Assembly (NCBI GenBank): GCA_944381365.1
Contig: CALWKW010000008.1
Location: forward strand, 2,914-66,913
From: an uncultured Christensenellaceae bacterium
GTDB lineage: Bacteria > Bacillota > Clostridia > Christensenellales > UBA3700
Direction of reading: 5' to 3'
DNA length: 64,000 nt
Positions 27,894 to 38,271 of the stretch are shown here, in pieces (positions within the stretch are counted from its first letter, which is position 1; the number at the start of each line of letters is the position of its first letter). The translations under genes and the position numbers were made by a program. The notes under the pieces are model-generated. The model was not told where the DNA came from. It saw nothing but the letters and a program-made list of their open reading frames with translations, and made no database searches.

Positions 27894-30587
27894 TTATCTG
27901 CCGCAGCAAAATTTATATTTCTTTCCGCTGCCGCAAGGACAAGGATCGTTTGGCCTGGGTTTTTTTGTCTTGTTTACCACTGTTCTGTTTTGTTTTTCTT
28001 CATTGGTTACGATATTCGTGACTTCTTTGTTTGACTGCACTTTTGTGGCTTTTTCAAATCTACTCTTGACAAGAGTCCTTACGGTATCGTACTGAATTGC
28101 CTCTACCATATTGTCAAACATCTCAAAGCCTTCTATCTTATATTGCGTCACTGGATCTCTCTGAGCATAAGCCACAAGTCCTATACCTTGTCTCAGCTGT
28201 GCCATTGCATCGATGTGATCCATCCACTTGCTGTCTACATTGTAAAGCATACAATCTCTTTCGAATCTTGCAAAGTCAAGACCTATCTCGTTTCTTACAA
28301 AATCGCACTTCTTCTCATACTGCTCTTTTGCCACTTCCATAATCTTTGACACAAGTCCGCTTATAGAATTGTCTTCAAGCTCGATTATGAATTCGGGCGA
28401 CAACAAGTTTGTTCCGTCTTCGAGAACGCTTTGTTCGAGTTCTTTATTGAATTCGTCATAATTCCAATTTCTGTGGTCTTCCTTATAATCCACATACTTG
28501 TTGCAAATATTGGTGATTACAGCTTCCATCATGGCAAGTATCTGCACATGCACATCCATGCCGTCAAGCACGATATTACGCTGTTCGTATATGATTTCTC
28601 TCTGCTTGTTCATTACATCGTCATAGCCAAGCACATGTTTTCTTATAGAGAAGTTTCTGTCCTCTACTCTTGCCTGAGCCGTCTCAACCTGACGGGTAAT
28701 GAGTTTGCTCACGATAGGAGTATTCTCGTCCATGGATATTGCCTGAGCAATTCTGAGCATGTGCTCACCGCCGAAAACTCTTATCATATCGTCTTCCATC
28801 GAGAGATAGAATACTGACGAACCGGGATCTCCCTGACGACCGCTACGACCTCTCAACTGATTGTCTATACGGCGGGACTCGTTTCGCTCTGTACCGATAA
28901 TTCTAAGTCCTCCGCTTGCCACTACTTCCTGCTTTTCGGCATTGGTATCTTTTGCAAAAAGCTCATAGTATTTTTTGTATTCTTTTCTTGCTTTAAGAAT
29001 ATCTTCGTCATCGGTATTTGCATAAGATGTAGCCTGCTCTATGATGTCGTGAGGATATCCGAGATTTGCAAGTTTTTGTTTTGACAAAAATTCAGGGTTG
29101 CCGCCCAAAAGTATATCCGTACCACGACCTGCCATATTTGTAGCGATCGTTACGGCACCACTCTTGCCAGCCTGAGCTACGATTTCCGCTTCTTTTTCGT
29201 GATTCTTTGCATTGAGTACATTGTGAGGTATTTTCTCTTTGCTGAGAATCTTTGAAAGCTCTTCGGATTTTTCTACGCTTACGGTACCTACAAGCACAGG
29301 TTGTTTTTTAGCATAGCAATTCTTTATGTCGGCAATGATTGCGTTGTACTTTGCCTTTTTGGTCATAAAGAGTTTGTCAGGCTCGTCAATTCTTATTACA
29401 GGCTTGTTTGTAGGAATTACCACTACATCGAGACCGTATATCGTGTCGAATTCGTTTTCTTCTGTCTTTGCAGTACCTGTCATACCCGACAATCTCTTAT
29501 AAAGTCTGAAGAAGTTTTGGAAAGTAATAGTAGCCATTGTCTTATCTTCTGACCTTATAGGCACATTCTCTTTTGCCTCGATAGCCTGATGCAAGCCATC
29601 GCTATATCGTCTTCCTATCATCTTTCTGCCCGTAAATTCATCGATGATGATTACTTCATTGTCGACTACGATATAATTGTCGCTTTCTTTCATTATGAAG
29701 TTGGCTTTCAAGGCATTGTCGATATAGTGCTTGAGTCCCTGATTTTCATAATCGGACAAATTCTCTACATTAAAATATTTTTCTGCTTTTGCCACGCCGT
29801 TTTCATTGAGGAATATTGACTTTTCTTTTTCGCCGAGTTCATAATCCTCCTCTTTGAGCGTCTTGACAAATCTGTTTGCTGTGATATACATATCGCTTGA
29901 CTTCTGACCACGACCGCTTATTATCAAAGGAGTACGGGCTTCGTCCACCAAGATACTGTCCACTTCGTCCACTATGGCATATTCGAGTCCTCTTTGGACT
30001 TTCATGGATTTGTCTTTTACCATGTTGTCTCTCAAGTAGTCAAAGCCGAGTTCGTTGTTTGTAGTGTACATAATATCCGAGTTGTAAGCTTTGACTTTGT
30101 CTTCTCTTGACATCTGAGAGAGATTTATACCCACAGAAAGGTTGAGATATTTGAATACTTTTCCCATCCATTCGGCATCACGCTTTGCAAGATATTCGTT
30201 TACCGTGACCACATGTACGCCTTGTTTTGTCAAAGCTTTGAGATATGCTGCCAAAGTAGCGACCAAAGTCTTACCTTCACCTGTACGCATCTCTGCGATT
30301 CTGCCCTGATAAAGCACCACGCCGCCGACAAGCTGAACATAGAAATGACGCATGCCGAGCACTCTGTCGCTGGCTTCTCTTACGGTAGCAAAAGCTTCGG
30401 GCAAAAGGCTGTCCAAAGATTCGCCCTGCTCATATCTGTCTATATATTCTTTTGTACATGCTTTGAGTTCTTCCTCGCTCATAGCCTTGAATTTATCTTC
30501 CAAAGCGACAACTTTATCTACGATTTTGTAGATTTTTTTGAGTTCTCTGTCATTGTGAGAGGGGAAAATCTTGTTTAAAATACCCAT
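27894..30587 (-). CDS. secA: Preprotein translocase ATPase SecA
   Basis: MRTGEGKTLVATL Walker A, DEVDSILVDEARTPLIISG and the C-terminal zinc finger CPCGSGKKYKFCCG are present. Confidence 0.95.
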   Translation of the reverse strand: MGILNKIFPSHNDRELKKIYKIVDKVVALEDKFKAMSEEELKACTKEYIDRYEQGESLDSLLPEAFATVREASDRVLGMRHFYVQLVGGVVLYQGRIAEMRTGEGKTLVATLAAYLKALTKQGVHVVTVNEYLAKRDAEWMGKVFKYLNLSVGINLSQMSREDKVKAYNSDIMYTTNNELGFDYLRDNMVKDKSMKVQRGLEYAIVDEVDSILVDEARTPLIISGRGQKSSDMYITANRFVKTLKEEDYELGEKEKSIFLNENGVAKAEKYFNVENLSDYENQGLKHYIDNALKANFIMKESDNYIVVDNEVIIIDEFTGRKMIGRRYSDGLHQAIEAKENVPIRSEDKTMATITFQNFFRLYKRLSGMTGTAKTEENEFDTIYGLDVVVIPTNKPVIRIDEPDKLFMTKKAKYNAIIADIKNCYAKKQPVLVGTVSVEKSEELSKILSKEKIPHNVLNAKNHEKEAEIVAQAGKSGAVTIATNMAGRGTDILLGGNPEFLSKQKLANLGYPHDIIEQATSYANTDDEDILKARKEYKKYYELFAKDTNAEKQEVVASGGLRIIGTERNESRRIDNQLRGRSGRQGDPGSSVFYLSMEDDMIRVFGGEHMLRIAQAISMDENTPIVSKLITRQVETAQARVEDRNFSIRKHVLGYDDVMNKQREIIYEQRNIVLDGMDVHVQILAMMEAVITNICNKYVDYKEDHRNWNYDEFNKELEQSVLEDGTNLLSPEFIIELEDNSISGLVSKIMEVAKEQYEKKCDFVRNEIGLDFARFERDCMLYNVDSKWMDHIDAMAQLRQGIGLVAYAQRDPVTQYKIEGFEMFDNMVEAIQYDTVRTLVKSRFEKATKVQSNKEVTNIVTNEEKQNRTVVNKTKKPRPNDPCPCGSGKKYKFCCGR

Positions 30588-30875
30588 TTTGTACCTCGCT
30601 GATGCAAATTTGCTATTAATAATATTAACATAATATAAATGTATAAGTCAAGGTAGCGGGATATATAATAAAAGTAAATAATATGTACATAAAAAAAATG
30701 AAGACAATTTTTGTAGAATTTTGATATCAAAACCATGCAAAAAGTCTTTAAGTTTTATAGGAAATATTCATAAAGTTTTTCGTCTTTAAAATTACAAAAA
30801 AATTAATATGCCTTATCTTCACTATTTACAAAACTTTTTATCTTGTGCATTAAAAGATTCTGTCTTTTTGTGTAT

Positions 30876-30903
30876 AAAAACGGCACCTTAAATCAAGGTG
30901 CCG
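30876..30903 (-). terminator. Rho-independent terminator of recD2
   Basis: Minus strand reads cggcacctt-gattt-aaggtgccg followed by ttttt. Confidence 0.8.
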
Positions 30904-30916
30904 TACATATTTTTTA

Positions 30917-33136
30917 TCACAATACGCCGTTTTTCAAGCAATTATCTTTCATAAATTCTGCAAGCAAAGTGTTGCGTTTTGCCGTATAATCGTTTTTTAC
31001 CATCTTTGCCATACTCTCTTTTGAGCCTTCGATTACCACGATTTTTTTGGCTCTCGTGATAGCCGTATAAAGCAAATTCCTCGTCATAAGAAAAGGATTG
31101 CCGCCGCTTACCATGATAATGACTGCGGGAAATTCAGAGCCTTGCGACTTGTGAATGCTTATGGCATAAGCAAGTGAGATTTCGTCAAAGTTTTCCTGCT
31201 TGTATGTGGCAATCTTGCCATCGTCAAATTGCACCTTGAGACTTGGTGCCGATTTGTTGACTTCAATGATATATCCTATATCGCCATTGAAAACTCCGCT
31301 GCCGCTCAGTCCGTCAGAAGACAGCCATTCCATCTGATAATTATTGACGGTATGAATTACCTTGTCGCCCTCTCTAAAAATATTCATTCCCGTCCTAAGC
31401 TCGCCCTTCGAGCTGTCGGGAGGATTGAGAGCTTTTTGCATCTCGATATTGATATTTTCCACACCGATTACGCCCTTTTTCATAGGACACAAGACTTGTA
31501 TATCCTTGCTGTCGATCTTTGTGAATGACGGCAGCCTTTTTGTGACAAGTTCGATACAATTTTTGAGCATATCGGCTGTATCTGTCTGCGAATCGAAGAA
31601 AAAGTCTTTTGACTTGTTGTCGATAGTTGGCATGACGCCTTTGTTTACCTTGTGAGCATTTTCGATAATAAGGCTGTTGTCACTTTGTCTGTAAATATGC
31701 GTAAGATAGCTTATAGGCACAAGTCCCGAAGCAATAATATCCGCCAGAATATTGCCTGCTCCTACTGAGGGAAGTTGGTCTTTATCCCCTACCAAAATAA
31801 GTCTTCCGCCTCTTTTGATAGCCCTTACCAAAGCATAAAAAACATATTCGTCACACATGCTCACTTCGTCCACAATGATGACATCCGCTTCGAGTTTTTT
31901 ATCCTCATTGTAAGTAAAGTGTCCTTTTCCGCCCGTAAAATCCAAATCGAGCAATCTGTGGATTGTCTTTGCGTCCTCGCCTGTCGCTTCGCTGAGTCTT
32001 TTTGATGCTCTGCCGGTAGGTGCACACAAAAAGACTTTCATATATTGTTTTTTAAGAAGCGTGATAATACAGTTGATAATCGTGGTCTTTCCCGTACCGG
32101 GTCCGCCCGTGATTACATTCACTCCGTATTTTACGCAATTTTTTACAGCATTAATCTGATTTTCGTGCAATGTGATATTGTTTGCCTTTTGAAAGTCCAA
32201 AATATCCGCATCGAAGTTCAAGTCTATATCGCCTGCGTTGAGAAGCATATCAGCAAGACATCTTGCAATACCGTTTTCGTTCTCATACATTTTTGTGAGC
32301 ATCACGCATTCTTCGCCGTCTTGCTCGATAATGACAATTTTGCCCATTACGACATTATCCAAAATTATGCCGTCTACCATGTATCGATATTCGTTTTCGT
32401 CCATTTTAAGCAATCGGCACACTTCAGACACTACTTCACGGCGAGGCAAAAAAGTATGACCGTTTTTGTTGGCACCTTCTTGCAAAATATGCCCTATACC
32501 TGCGGTAATTCTGAATCGACTGTACTTGTCAAATCCCATGTTGAGAGCTATTTTGTCGGCAGTAATAAAGCCCACTCCGTCTACATCTTCTACCATCTGA
32601 TAGGGATTTTTTTCTATAATTCGCTTTGTTCCGTCCCCGTATGTCTTATAAATTTTTAGAGCAAGATTGAGACTTATATCAAAATTCTGAAGATAAAGGA
32701 TTGTAGCTTGCTGTTCTTTATGAACGATAAAAGCCTCATTGATTGCCATGGCTTTTTTGAGAGACATACCCTTTATCTGAGCAAGTTTTGTAGGCTCGTT
32801 TTCTATAATCTCCAAGGACTTTACGCCAAATGTATTGACAATGTTTTTTGCAGTGACTTCTCCCACACCGTAAAACAATCCGCTTGATAGATATCTGAAA
32901 ATCGATTCTAAAGAATCAGGCTGAATAATCTTGCATTCGCTGACATTGAATTGTTCGCCGAATTTGTTGTTTAGTACAAATTCGCCATTCATTTCGAGAT
33001 ATTCTCCCTCTTCGATTGGAGGAAAAATGCCCACGGCAGTCACAAGGACATCGTCTGCGTTGACATATATCACGCAATAGCCGTTGTCCACATTTCTGAA
33101 AACTATTTCTTCTACATAACCTTTCAGTGTCTGCAT
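30917..33136 (-). CDS. recD2: RecD2-type SF1B ATP-dependent DNA helicase
   Basis: N-terminal OB/HhH region, ITGGPGTGKTT Walker A, IIVDEVSM, LVGDKDQLPSVGAGN and SIHKSQGSEF motifs are present. Confidence 0.85.
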   Translation of the reverse strand: MQTLKGYVEEIVFRNVDNGYCVIYVNADDVLVTAVGIFPPIEEGEYLEMNGEFVLNNKFGEQFNVSECKIIQPDSLESIFRYLSSGLFYGVGEVTAKNIVNTFGVKSLEIIENEPTKLAQIKGMSLKKAMAINEAFIVHKEQQATILYLQNFDISLNLALKIYKTYGDGTKRIIEKNPYQMVEDVDGVGFITADKIALNMGFDKYSRFRITAGIGHILQEGANKNGHTFLPRREVVSEVCRLLKMDENEYRYMVDGIILDNVVMGKIVIIEQDGEECVMLTKMYENENGIARCLADMLLNAGDIDLNFDADILDFQKANNITLHENQINAVKNCVKYGVNVITGGPGTGKTTIINCIITLLKKQYMKVFLCAPTGRASKRLSEATGEDAKTIHRLLDLDFTGGKGHFTYNEDKKLEADVIIVDEVSMCDEYVFYALVRAIKRGGRLILVGDKDQLPSVGAGNILADIIASGLVPISYLTHIYRQSDNSLIIENAHKVNKGVMPTIDNKSKDFFFDSQTDTADMLKNCIELVTKRLPSFTKIDSKDIQVLCPMKKGVIGVENINIEMQKALNPPDSSKGELRTGMNIFREGDKVIHTVNNYQMEWLSSDGLSGSGVFNGDIGYIIEVNKSAPSLKVQFDDGKIATYKQENFDEISLAYAISIHKSQGSEFPAVIIMVSGGNPFLMTRNLLYTAITRAKKIVVIEGSKESMAKMVKNDYTAKRNTLLAEFMKDNCLKNGVL

Positions 33137-33227
33137 AATTTCTCCATAAAAATAGGGGGATTTGTACCCCCTATATTGTAATTTATATCTTTTTATATGT
33201 CAATAGCTTTGTGTAATGACAGCTATC

Positions 33228-34415
33228 TCAAAGACTTTTTGCAAGCTCTGCGATTTGCTCGGCTTTGTCGCACATTTCCCACTTAAAGCCCTTGTCTTCT
33301 CTTCCGAAATGACCGTAATTGCTGGTATTTGCAAATTGAGGGCTCTTGAGATTGAGCTGTTCGATAATAGCCAAAGGACGCATATCGAATACCTTGTCGA
33401 TTATGCTTGCAATCTGCTCGTTTGTATATTTGCTTGTGCCGAATGTGTTGACATTAATTGATACGGGTTTTGCCACACCGATTGCATAAGCCACATCGAG
33501 CTGACATCTGTCTGCTATGCCCGAAGCCACGATATTTTTGCATACATATCTTGCCATATAGCATGCCGATCTATCCACCTTGGTAGCATCTTTTCCTGAG
33601 AAAGCACCGCCGCCGTGAGGGCAATAACCGCCATAAGTATCAACAATGATTTTTCTGCCCGTAAGACCGCTGTCGCCGTGAGGTCCGCCGATTACGAATC
33701 TGCCTGTGGGATTGATATAAATCTTTGTGTTTTCGTCAATAAGCTCCTTGGGGATTACTTCATCGATGACATATTTTCTTATATCTTTTCTCAATGTATC
33801 CATATCCACATCGGGATTGTGCTGTGTGGACAATACGATAGCCTCTGCTCTTTTTACTTTGTCATCTACATACTCAATGGATACCTGTGCTTTTCCGTCA
33901 GGTCTGAGATAAGACAATATGTTGTTTTTTCTCACTTCTGTCAATCTCGAAGTAAGCTTGTGTGCAAGGTAAATAGGCATAGGCATAAGCGAAGGAGTTT
34001 CGTTGCAGGCATAGCCAAACATCATACCCTGATCGCCAGCACCGATAAGGTCATATTTATCCTTGCCGTTTGTTTTGTTTTCGAGCGAGCTGTCTACTCC
34101 CATGGCGATATCTGCCGATTGCTGGTCAAGTCTTACGATTACTTCGCACTTATCGCAATCGAGTCCCTTTTCTTCGCTGTCATAACCTATCTCTTTTACG
34201 GCTTTTCTCACGATAGCTTCATAGTCTACTTTTGCCTTTGAAGTTATCTCACCCATTACAAGTACAAAGCCCGTGCTCGTACATGTCTCGCAGGCACTTC
34301 TGCTGTCGGGATCCTGCTCGAGCAAAGCATCGAGTATGCTGTCTGAGATTTTGTCGCAGACTTTGTCGGGATGTCCTTCGGTCACGCTTTCGCTCGTAAA
34401 TAATCTTTTTGTCAT
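33228..34415 (-). CDS. metK: S-adenosylmethionine synthase
   Basis: [32 protein letters not shown] and GGGAFSGKD motifs are present. Confidence 0.95.
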   Translation of the reverse strand: MTKRLFTSESVTEGHPDKVCDKISDSILDALLEQDPDSRSACETCTSTGFVLVMGEITSKAKVDYEAIVRKAVKEIGYDSEEKGLDCDKCEVIVRLDQQSADIAMGVDSSLENKTNGKDKYDLIGAGDQGMMFGYACNETPSLMPMPIYLAHKLTSRLTEVRKNNILSYLRPDGKAQVSIEYVDDKVKRAEAIVLSTQHNPDVDMDTLRKDIRKYVIDEVIPKELIDENTKIYINPTGRFVIGGPHGDSGLTGRKIIVDTYGGYCPHGGGAFSGKDATKVDRSACYMARYVCKNIVASGIADRCQLDVAYAIGVAKPVSINVNTFGTSKYTNEQIASIIDKVFDMRPLAIIEQLNLKSPQFANTSNYGHFGREDKGFKWEMCDKAEQIAELAKSL

Positions 34416-34430
34416 AAATTACTCCTTTGT

Positions 34431-34557
34431 AAAAAAAGTCGCTATACAGGATAGCGACTTTTACATTCTATCTATCAAGTATACTTGCGGAATTTAGCAC
34501 CTTACAAGAGGTTGCTGTGTGTTCATAGTGTCCGTCACTCCCACACTCTTTATAGAA
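34431..34557 (-). ncRNA. SAM-I (S-box) riboswitch with intrinsic terminator, upstream of metK
   Basis: Minus strand reads UUCUAUAAAGAGUGUGGGAGUGACGGACACUAUGAACACACAGCAACC..GGUGCUAAAUUCCGCAAG..CUUGAUAGAUAGAA, matching the conserved S-box blocks (AGAG..GGAG.GAC..AUGAA..GCAACC..GGUGCUAA.UCC.GCA). It is followed by gtcgctat-cctgt-atagcgac and ttttttt. Confidence 0.8.
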
Positions 34558-34608
34558 TTTTTTATTAAGTTGTTTTATAAGGAAAATTTTCCTTTTATGA
34601 ATTAATAC

Positions 34609-34649
34609 AATTCTTTGTCTGCTCGGACATAAGCCCGAGCAAAAGAATT
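34609..34649 (-). terminator. Long bulged hairpin overlapping the rpoC stop codon (probable terminator or processing site)
   Basis: aattctttgtctgctcgg-acataagc-ccgagcaaaagaatt gives 15 paired positions with a 3-nt bulge. There is no clean U-tract. Confidence 0.45.
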
Positions 34650-37600
34650 AATCTTCGATTTCGTCCTCGAGAGCAAACTTGTCATCGATTTCGTCTTCTA
34701 CAATCTTATTGTCATTCATGTTTGCAGGCATAGCAACGATATTTTTGTATCTCTTCATACCTGTACCTGCAGGGATAAGCTTACCGAGAATGACATTTTC
34801 TTTAAGACCTACCAAGTGGTCAACCTTGTTCTTGATGGCAGCTTCTGTCAATACCTTTGCAGTTTCCTGGAAGGAAGCGGCTGACAAGAAGGATTCAGTA
34901 GCAAGAGCTGCCTTTGTGATACCGAGCAAAGTTCTCTTTGCAGTAGCAGGTCTTCCGCCGTTTTCGATTACCTTTTCGTTTTCTGCCTCATAAGTGAAGA
35001 TATCTACATACTCACCGGGCAACATATTTGTATCGCCCTGACTTTCTATCTTAACCTTTCTGAGCATTTGTCTTACGATAATCTCGATATGCTTTTCGTT
35101 GATGTCAACACCTGATGTGACATAGGTATTCTTTACTTCTTTGATGATGTAATCCTGAACGCCTCTTACACCCTTTGTTCTCAAAATATCCTGAGGATAG
35201 ATGCTGCCTTGAGTGAGTACATCGCCTGCATCGACTTGTTGTCCGTCTTCGACTTTGAGTCTTTGACCGAATACGAGCTTGTATTCTACCTTATCTCCCT
35301 TGACAGGAGTGATTGTCAAAGTCTTCTTGTTGTCATCGATAGATACGACACCTGCAATATCAGCCACCAAAGCCTGACCTTTAGGTCTTCTTGCTTCAAA
35401 GAGTTCTTCTACTCTGGGAAGACCGTTTGTGATATCGCCTGACAAAGCCACACCACCGGTGTGGAAGGTTCTCATCGTAAGCTGTGTACCGGGTTCACCG
35501 ATAGACTGAGCTGCGATAATACCTACTGCTTCGCCGAGTTTTACAGAGTTGCCTGAAGCCATGTTCTTGCCATAACACTTAGCACATACGCCACGAGGAG
35601 ATTTACACATAAGAATACTTCTTATCTTTACTTTCTTTACTCCTGCATTTGCGATAGCCTGAGCTTGTTCTTGTGAGCACATTGTATCTTTTTCGATGAT
35701 TACATTGCCCTCTCCGTCAAGGATATCTTCCATGACATATCTGCCGTCAATACGCTCGATAAAATCTTTTTTATTGTCGTCATTGAGCTCGATAGTAATA
35801 CCTCTTGTATCTCCGCAATCCACATCGTCTACGATAACTTCCTGAGCTACATCGACAAGACGACGAGTCATATAACCTGAGTCTGCTGTCTTCAAAGCGG
35901 TATCTGCCATACCCTTACGACCACCGTGTGAAGAAATGAAGTATTCGAGTACGCTCAAGCCCTCACGCAAAGATGCTTTGATAGGCAATTCGATAGTCTT
36001 ACCTGAAGGATCGGCTACGAGACCTTTCATGCCGCACAACTGAGATATCTGAGTCATGCTACCACGGGCACCTGAGTTTGCCATCATCCAGATAGGGTTG
36101 AATTCATCAAGACCTTTCTTGAGTTCGACATTGATTTCGTCAATGGCTTTTTGCCATACTTTTATAGTTTGATTGTATCTGTCTTCTTCGCTGAGACGAC
36201 CTTTCTTGAATTGTTTTTCGATAGTTACGACATCCTGATCTGCATGTTCGATAATTTCCTTCTTCTTGGGAGGTACATGCATATCGAATACGCTCGCAGT
36301 AATAGCACCGATAGTGGAATACTTATAGCCTTGAGCCTTGATTTTGTCGAGAATGATAGCAGTCTCGGTAGCTCCCTTATACTTAAAGCAAGCGTCAACT
36401 ATACGGGACAATTCTTTTTTGCCTACTCTGAAGTCAACTTCGAGATCGAGTTGTTGTTCGGGAGTATCTCTGGGTACAAAGTGCAAGTCCTGAGGAATAG
36501 CACCGTTGAAGATTACTCTACCGATAGTGGTATGCAATTTCTTGGAGTACTTAACGCCGTCAATGACTTTTTCTACTCTTATGAATACCTTGGACTGAAG
36601 ACTGATTTGATTGTCCTGATAAGCCATCATAGCTTCTTCGGGATTTCTGAAATATCTGCCTTCGCCCTTGCCGCCTTCTTTTTCCATAGTGAGGTAGTAT
36701 GAACCTATTACCATATCCTGAGTAGGAGATACTACCGGCTTACCGTCACTGAGCTTGAGAATATTGTTTGTACTGAGCATGAGGAATCTAGCTTCAGTTC
36801 TTGCTTCGATAGACAAAGGTACATGGACAGCCATCTGGTCGCCATCGAAGTCTGCGTTGAATGCAGTACATACGAGAGGGTGCAACTTGATAGCTCTGCC
36901 TTCTACGAGCACGGGTTCAAAAGCCTGAATAGAAAGTCTGTGCAATGAAGGAGCACGGTTGAGGAGTACGGGGTGATCCTTGATTACTTCTTCGAGGATA
37001 TCCCATACAGCATCGTCCTGAGCTCTTTCGATAACTTTCTTTGCACTCTTAATATTGAGGCAAGTACCTCTCTCAACGAGCTTTTTCATTACGAAAGGCT
37101 TGAAGAGTTCGATAGCCATTTCCTTGGGAATACCGCATTGGTACATCTTGAGTTCAGGACCAACTACGATAACCGAACGACCTGAGTAGTCAACACGCTT
37201 ACCGAGCAAGTTCTGACGGAAACGACCTTGTTTACCTTTGAGAAGTCCTGTCAAGGACTTGAGTTCTCTGTTGCCGGCACCGGTAACAGGCTTACCTCTT
37301 CTGCCGTTGTCAATCAAAGCATCGACAGCATCCTGCAACATTCTCTTTTCGTTGCGGATAATGATTTCGGGAGAGCCGATTTCGATGAGCTTTTTAAGTC
37401 TGTTGTTTCTGTTGATAACACGACGATACAAATCGTTAAGATCGCTTGCCGCATATCTGCCGCCATCCAAAGGAACCATAGGTCTGAGTTCGGGAGGAAG
37501 CACGGGAAGCACATCGAGAATCATCCATTCGGGTTTTGTACCGCTTGTTCTGAAAGCTTCGATGATATCGAGACGCTTTACAGCCTTGAGTCTTCTTTGA

Positions 37601-38259
37601 TTGTTTGCCTTATCAGTGCTTTCTGCTACGATGGCCTTGAGTTCGGCAGATTCTTTTTCGAGGTCGATGTTTGCGAGCAATTCTTTGATTGCTTCAGCAC
37701 CCATACCTACTCTATAACTGCCGAGATCTTCGGGAATAACAACCGTGTTGGGGTCTTTTCCCATATCTTCGTAGTGCTTTCTGATAGCTCTTTCGTAATC
37801 CTGATCGACTACGATATCTTTTACTTTGAATTCTGTATTACCTGCATCGAGTACGATGAATTTGTTGAAATAAAGTACAGAATCCACATCCTTGGGGGAC
37901 ATATCCAAAACAACGCTTATTCTGGAAGGTACACCCTTATAATACCAGATATGAGATACGGGAGCAGCTAGTTCGATGTGACCCATTCTCTCTCTTCTTA
38001 CCTTTGACTTAGTCACTTCTACGCCGCACTTGTCACAGATAACGCCTTTATATCTGATTCTCTTATATTTACCGCAATGACATTCCCAGTCCTTGGTAGG
38101 TCCAAAAATCTTTTCGCAGAACAAACCGTCTTTTTCAGGTTTTTGTGTTCTGTAATTGATAGTTTCGGGTTTTGTGACCTCGCCATGAGACCAAGATCTT
38201 ATCTTTTCAGGAGATGCAACTCCTATCTGTATTGAATCAAAATTATTTACTTCTGACAT
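34648..38259 (-). CDS. rpoC: DNA-directed RNA polymerase subunit beta'
   Basis: [20 protein letters not shown] zinc site and [12 protein letters not shown] catalytic loop; 1203 aa. Confidence 0.97.
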   Translation of the reverse strand: MSEVNNFDSIQIGVASPEKIRSWSHGEVTKPETINYRTQKPEKDGLFCEKIFGPTKDWECHCGKYKRIRYKGVICDKCGVEVTKSKVRRERMGHIELAAPVSHIWYYKGVPSRISVVLDMSPKDVDSVLYFNKFIVLDAGNTEFKVKDIVVDQDYERAIRKHYEDMGKDPNTVVIPEDLGSYRVGMGAEAIKELLANIDLEKESAELKAIVAESTDKANNQRRLKAVKRLDIIEAFRTSGTKPEWMILDVLPVLPPELRPMVPLDGGRYAASDLNDLYRRVINRNNRLKKLIEIGSPEIIIRNEKRMLQDAVDALIDNGRRGKPVTGAGNRELKSLTGLLKGKQGRFRQNLLGKRVDYSGRSVIVVGPELKMYQCGIPKEMAIELFKPFVMKKLVERGTCLNIKSAKKVIERAQDDAVWDILEEVIKDHPVLLNRAPSLHRLSIQAFEPVLVEGRAIKLHPLVCTAFNADFDGDQMAVHVPLSIEARTEARFLMLSTNNILKLSDGKPVVSPTQDMVIGSYYLTMEKEGGKGEGRYFRNPEEAMMAYQDNQISLQSKVFIRVEKVIDGVKYSKKLHTTIGRVIFNGAIPQDLHFVPRDTPEQQLDLEVDFRVGKKELSRIVDACFKYKGATETAIILDKIKAQGYKYSTIGAITASVFDMHVPPKKKEIIEHADQDVVTIEKQFKKGRLSEEDRYNQTIKVWQKAIDEINVELKKGLDEFNPIWMMANSGARGSMTQISQLCGMKGLVADPSGKTIELPIKASLREGLSVLEYFISSHGGRKGMADTALKTADSGYMTRRLVDVAQEVIVDDVDCGDTRGITIELNDDNKKDFIERIDGRYVMEDILDGEGNVIIEKDTMCSQEQAQAIANAGVKKVKIRSILMCKSPRGVCAKCYGKNMASGNSVKLGEAVGIIAAQSIGEPGTQLTMRTFHTGGVALSGDITNGLPRVEELFEARRPKGQALVADIAGVVSIDDNKKTLTITPVKGDKVEYKLVFGQRLKVEDGQQVDAGDVLTQGSIYPQDILRTKGVRGVQDYIIKEVKNTYVTSGVDINEKHIEIIVRQMLRKVKIESQGDTNMLPGEYVDIFTYEAENEKVIENGGRPATAKRTLLGITKAALATESFLSAASFQETAKVLTEAAIKNKVDHLVGLKENVILGKLIPAGTGMKRYKNIVAMPANMNDNKIVEDEIDDKFALEDEIED

Positions 38260-38271
38260 ATTCGCACCTCC

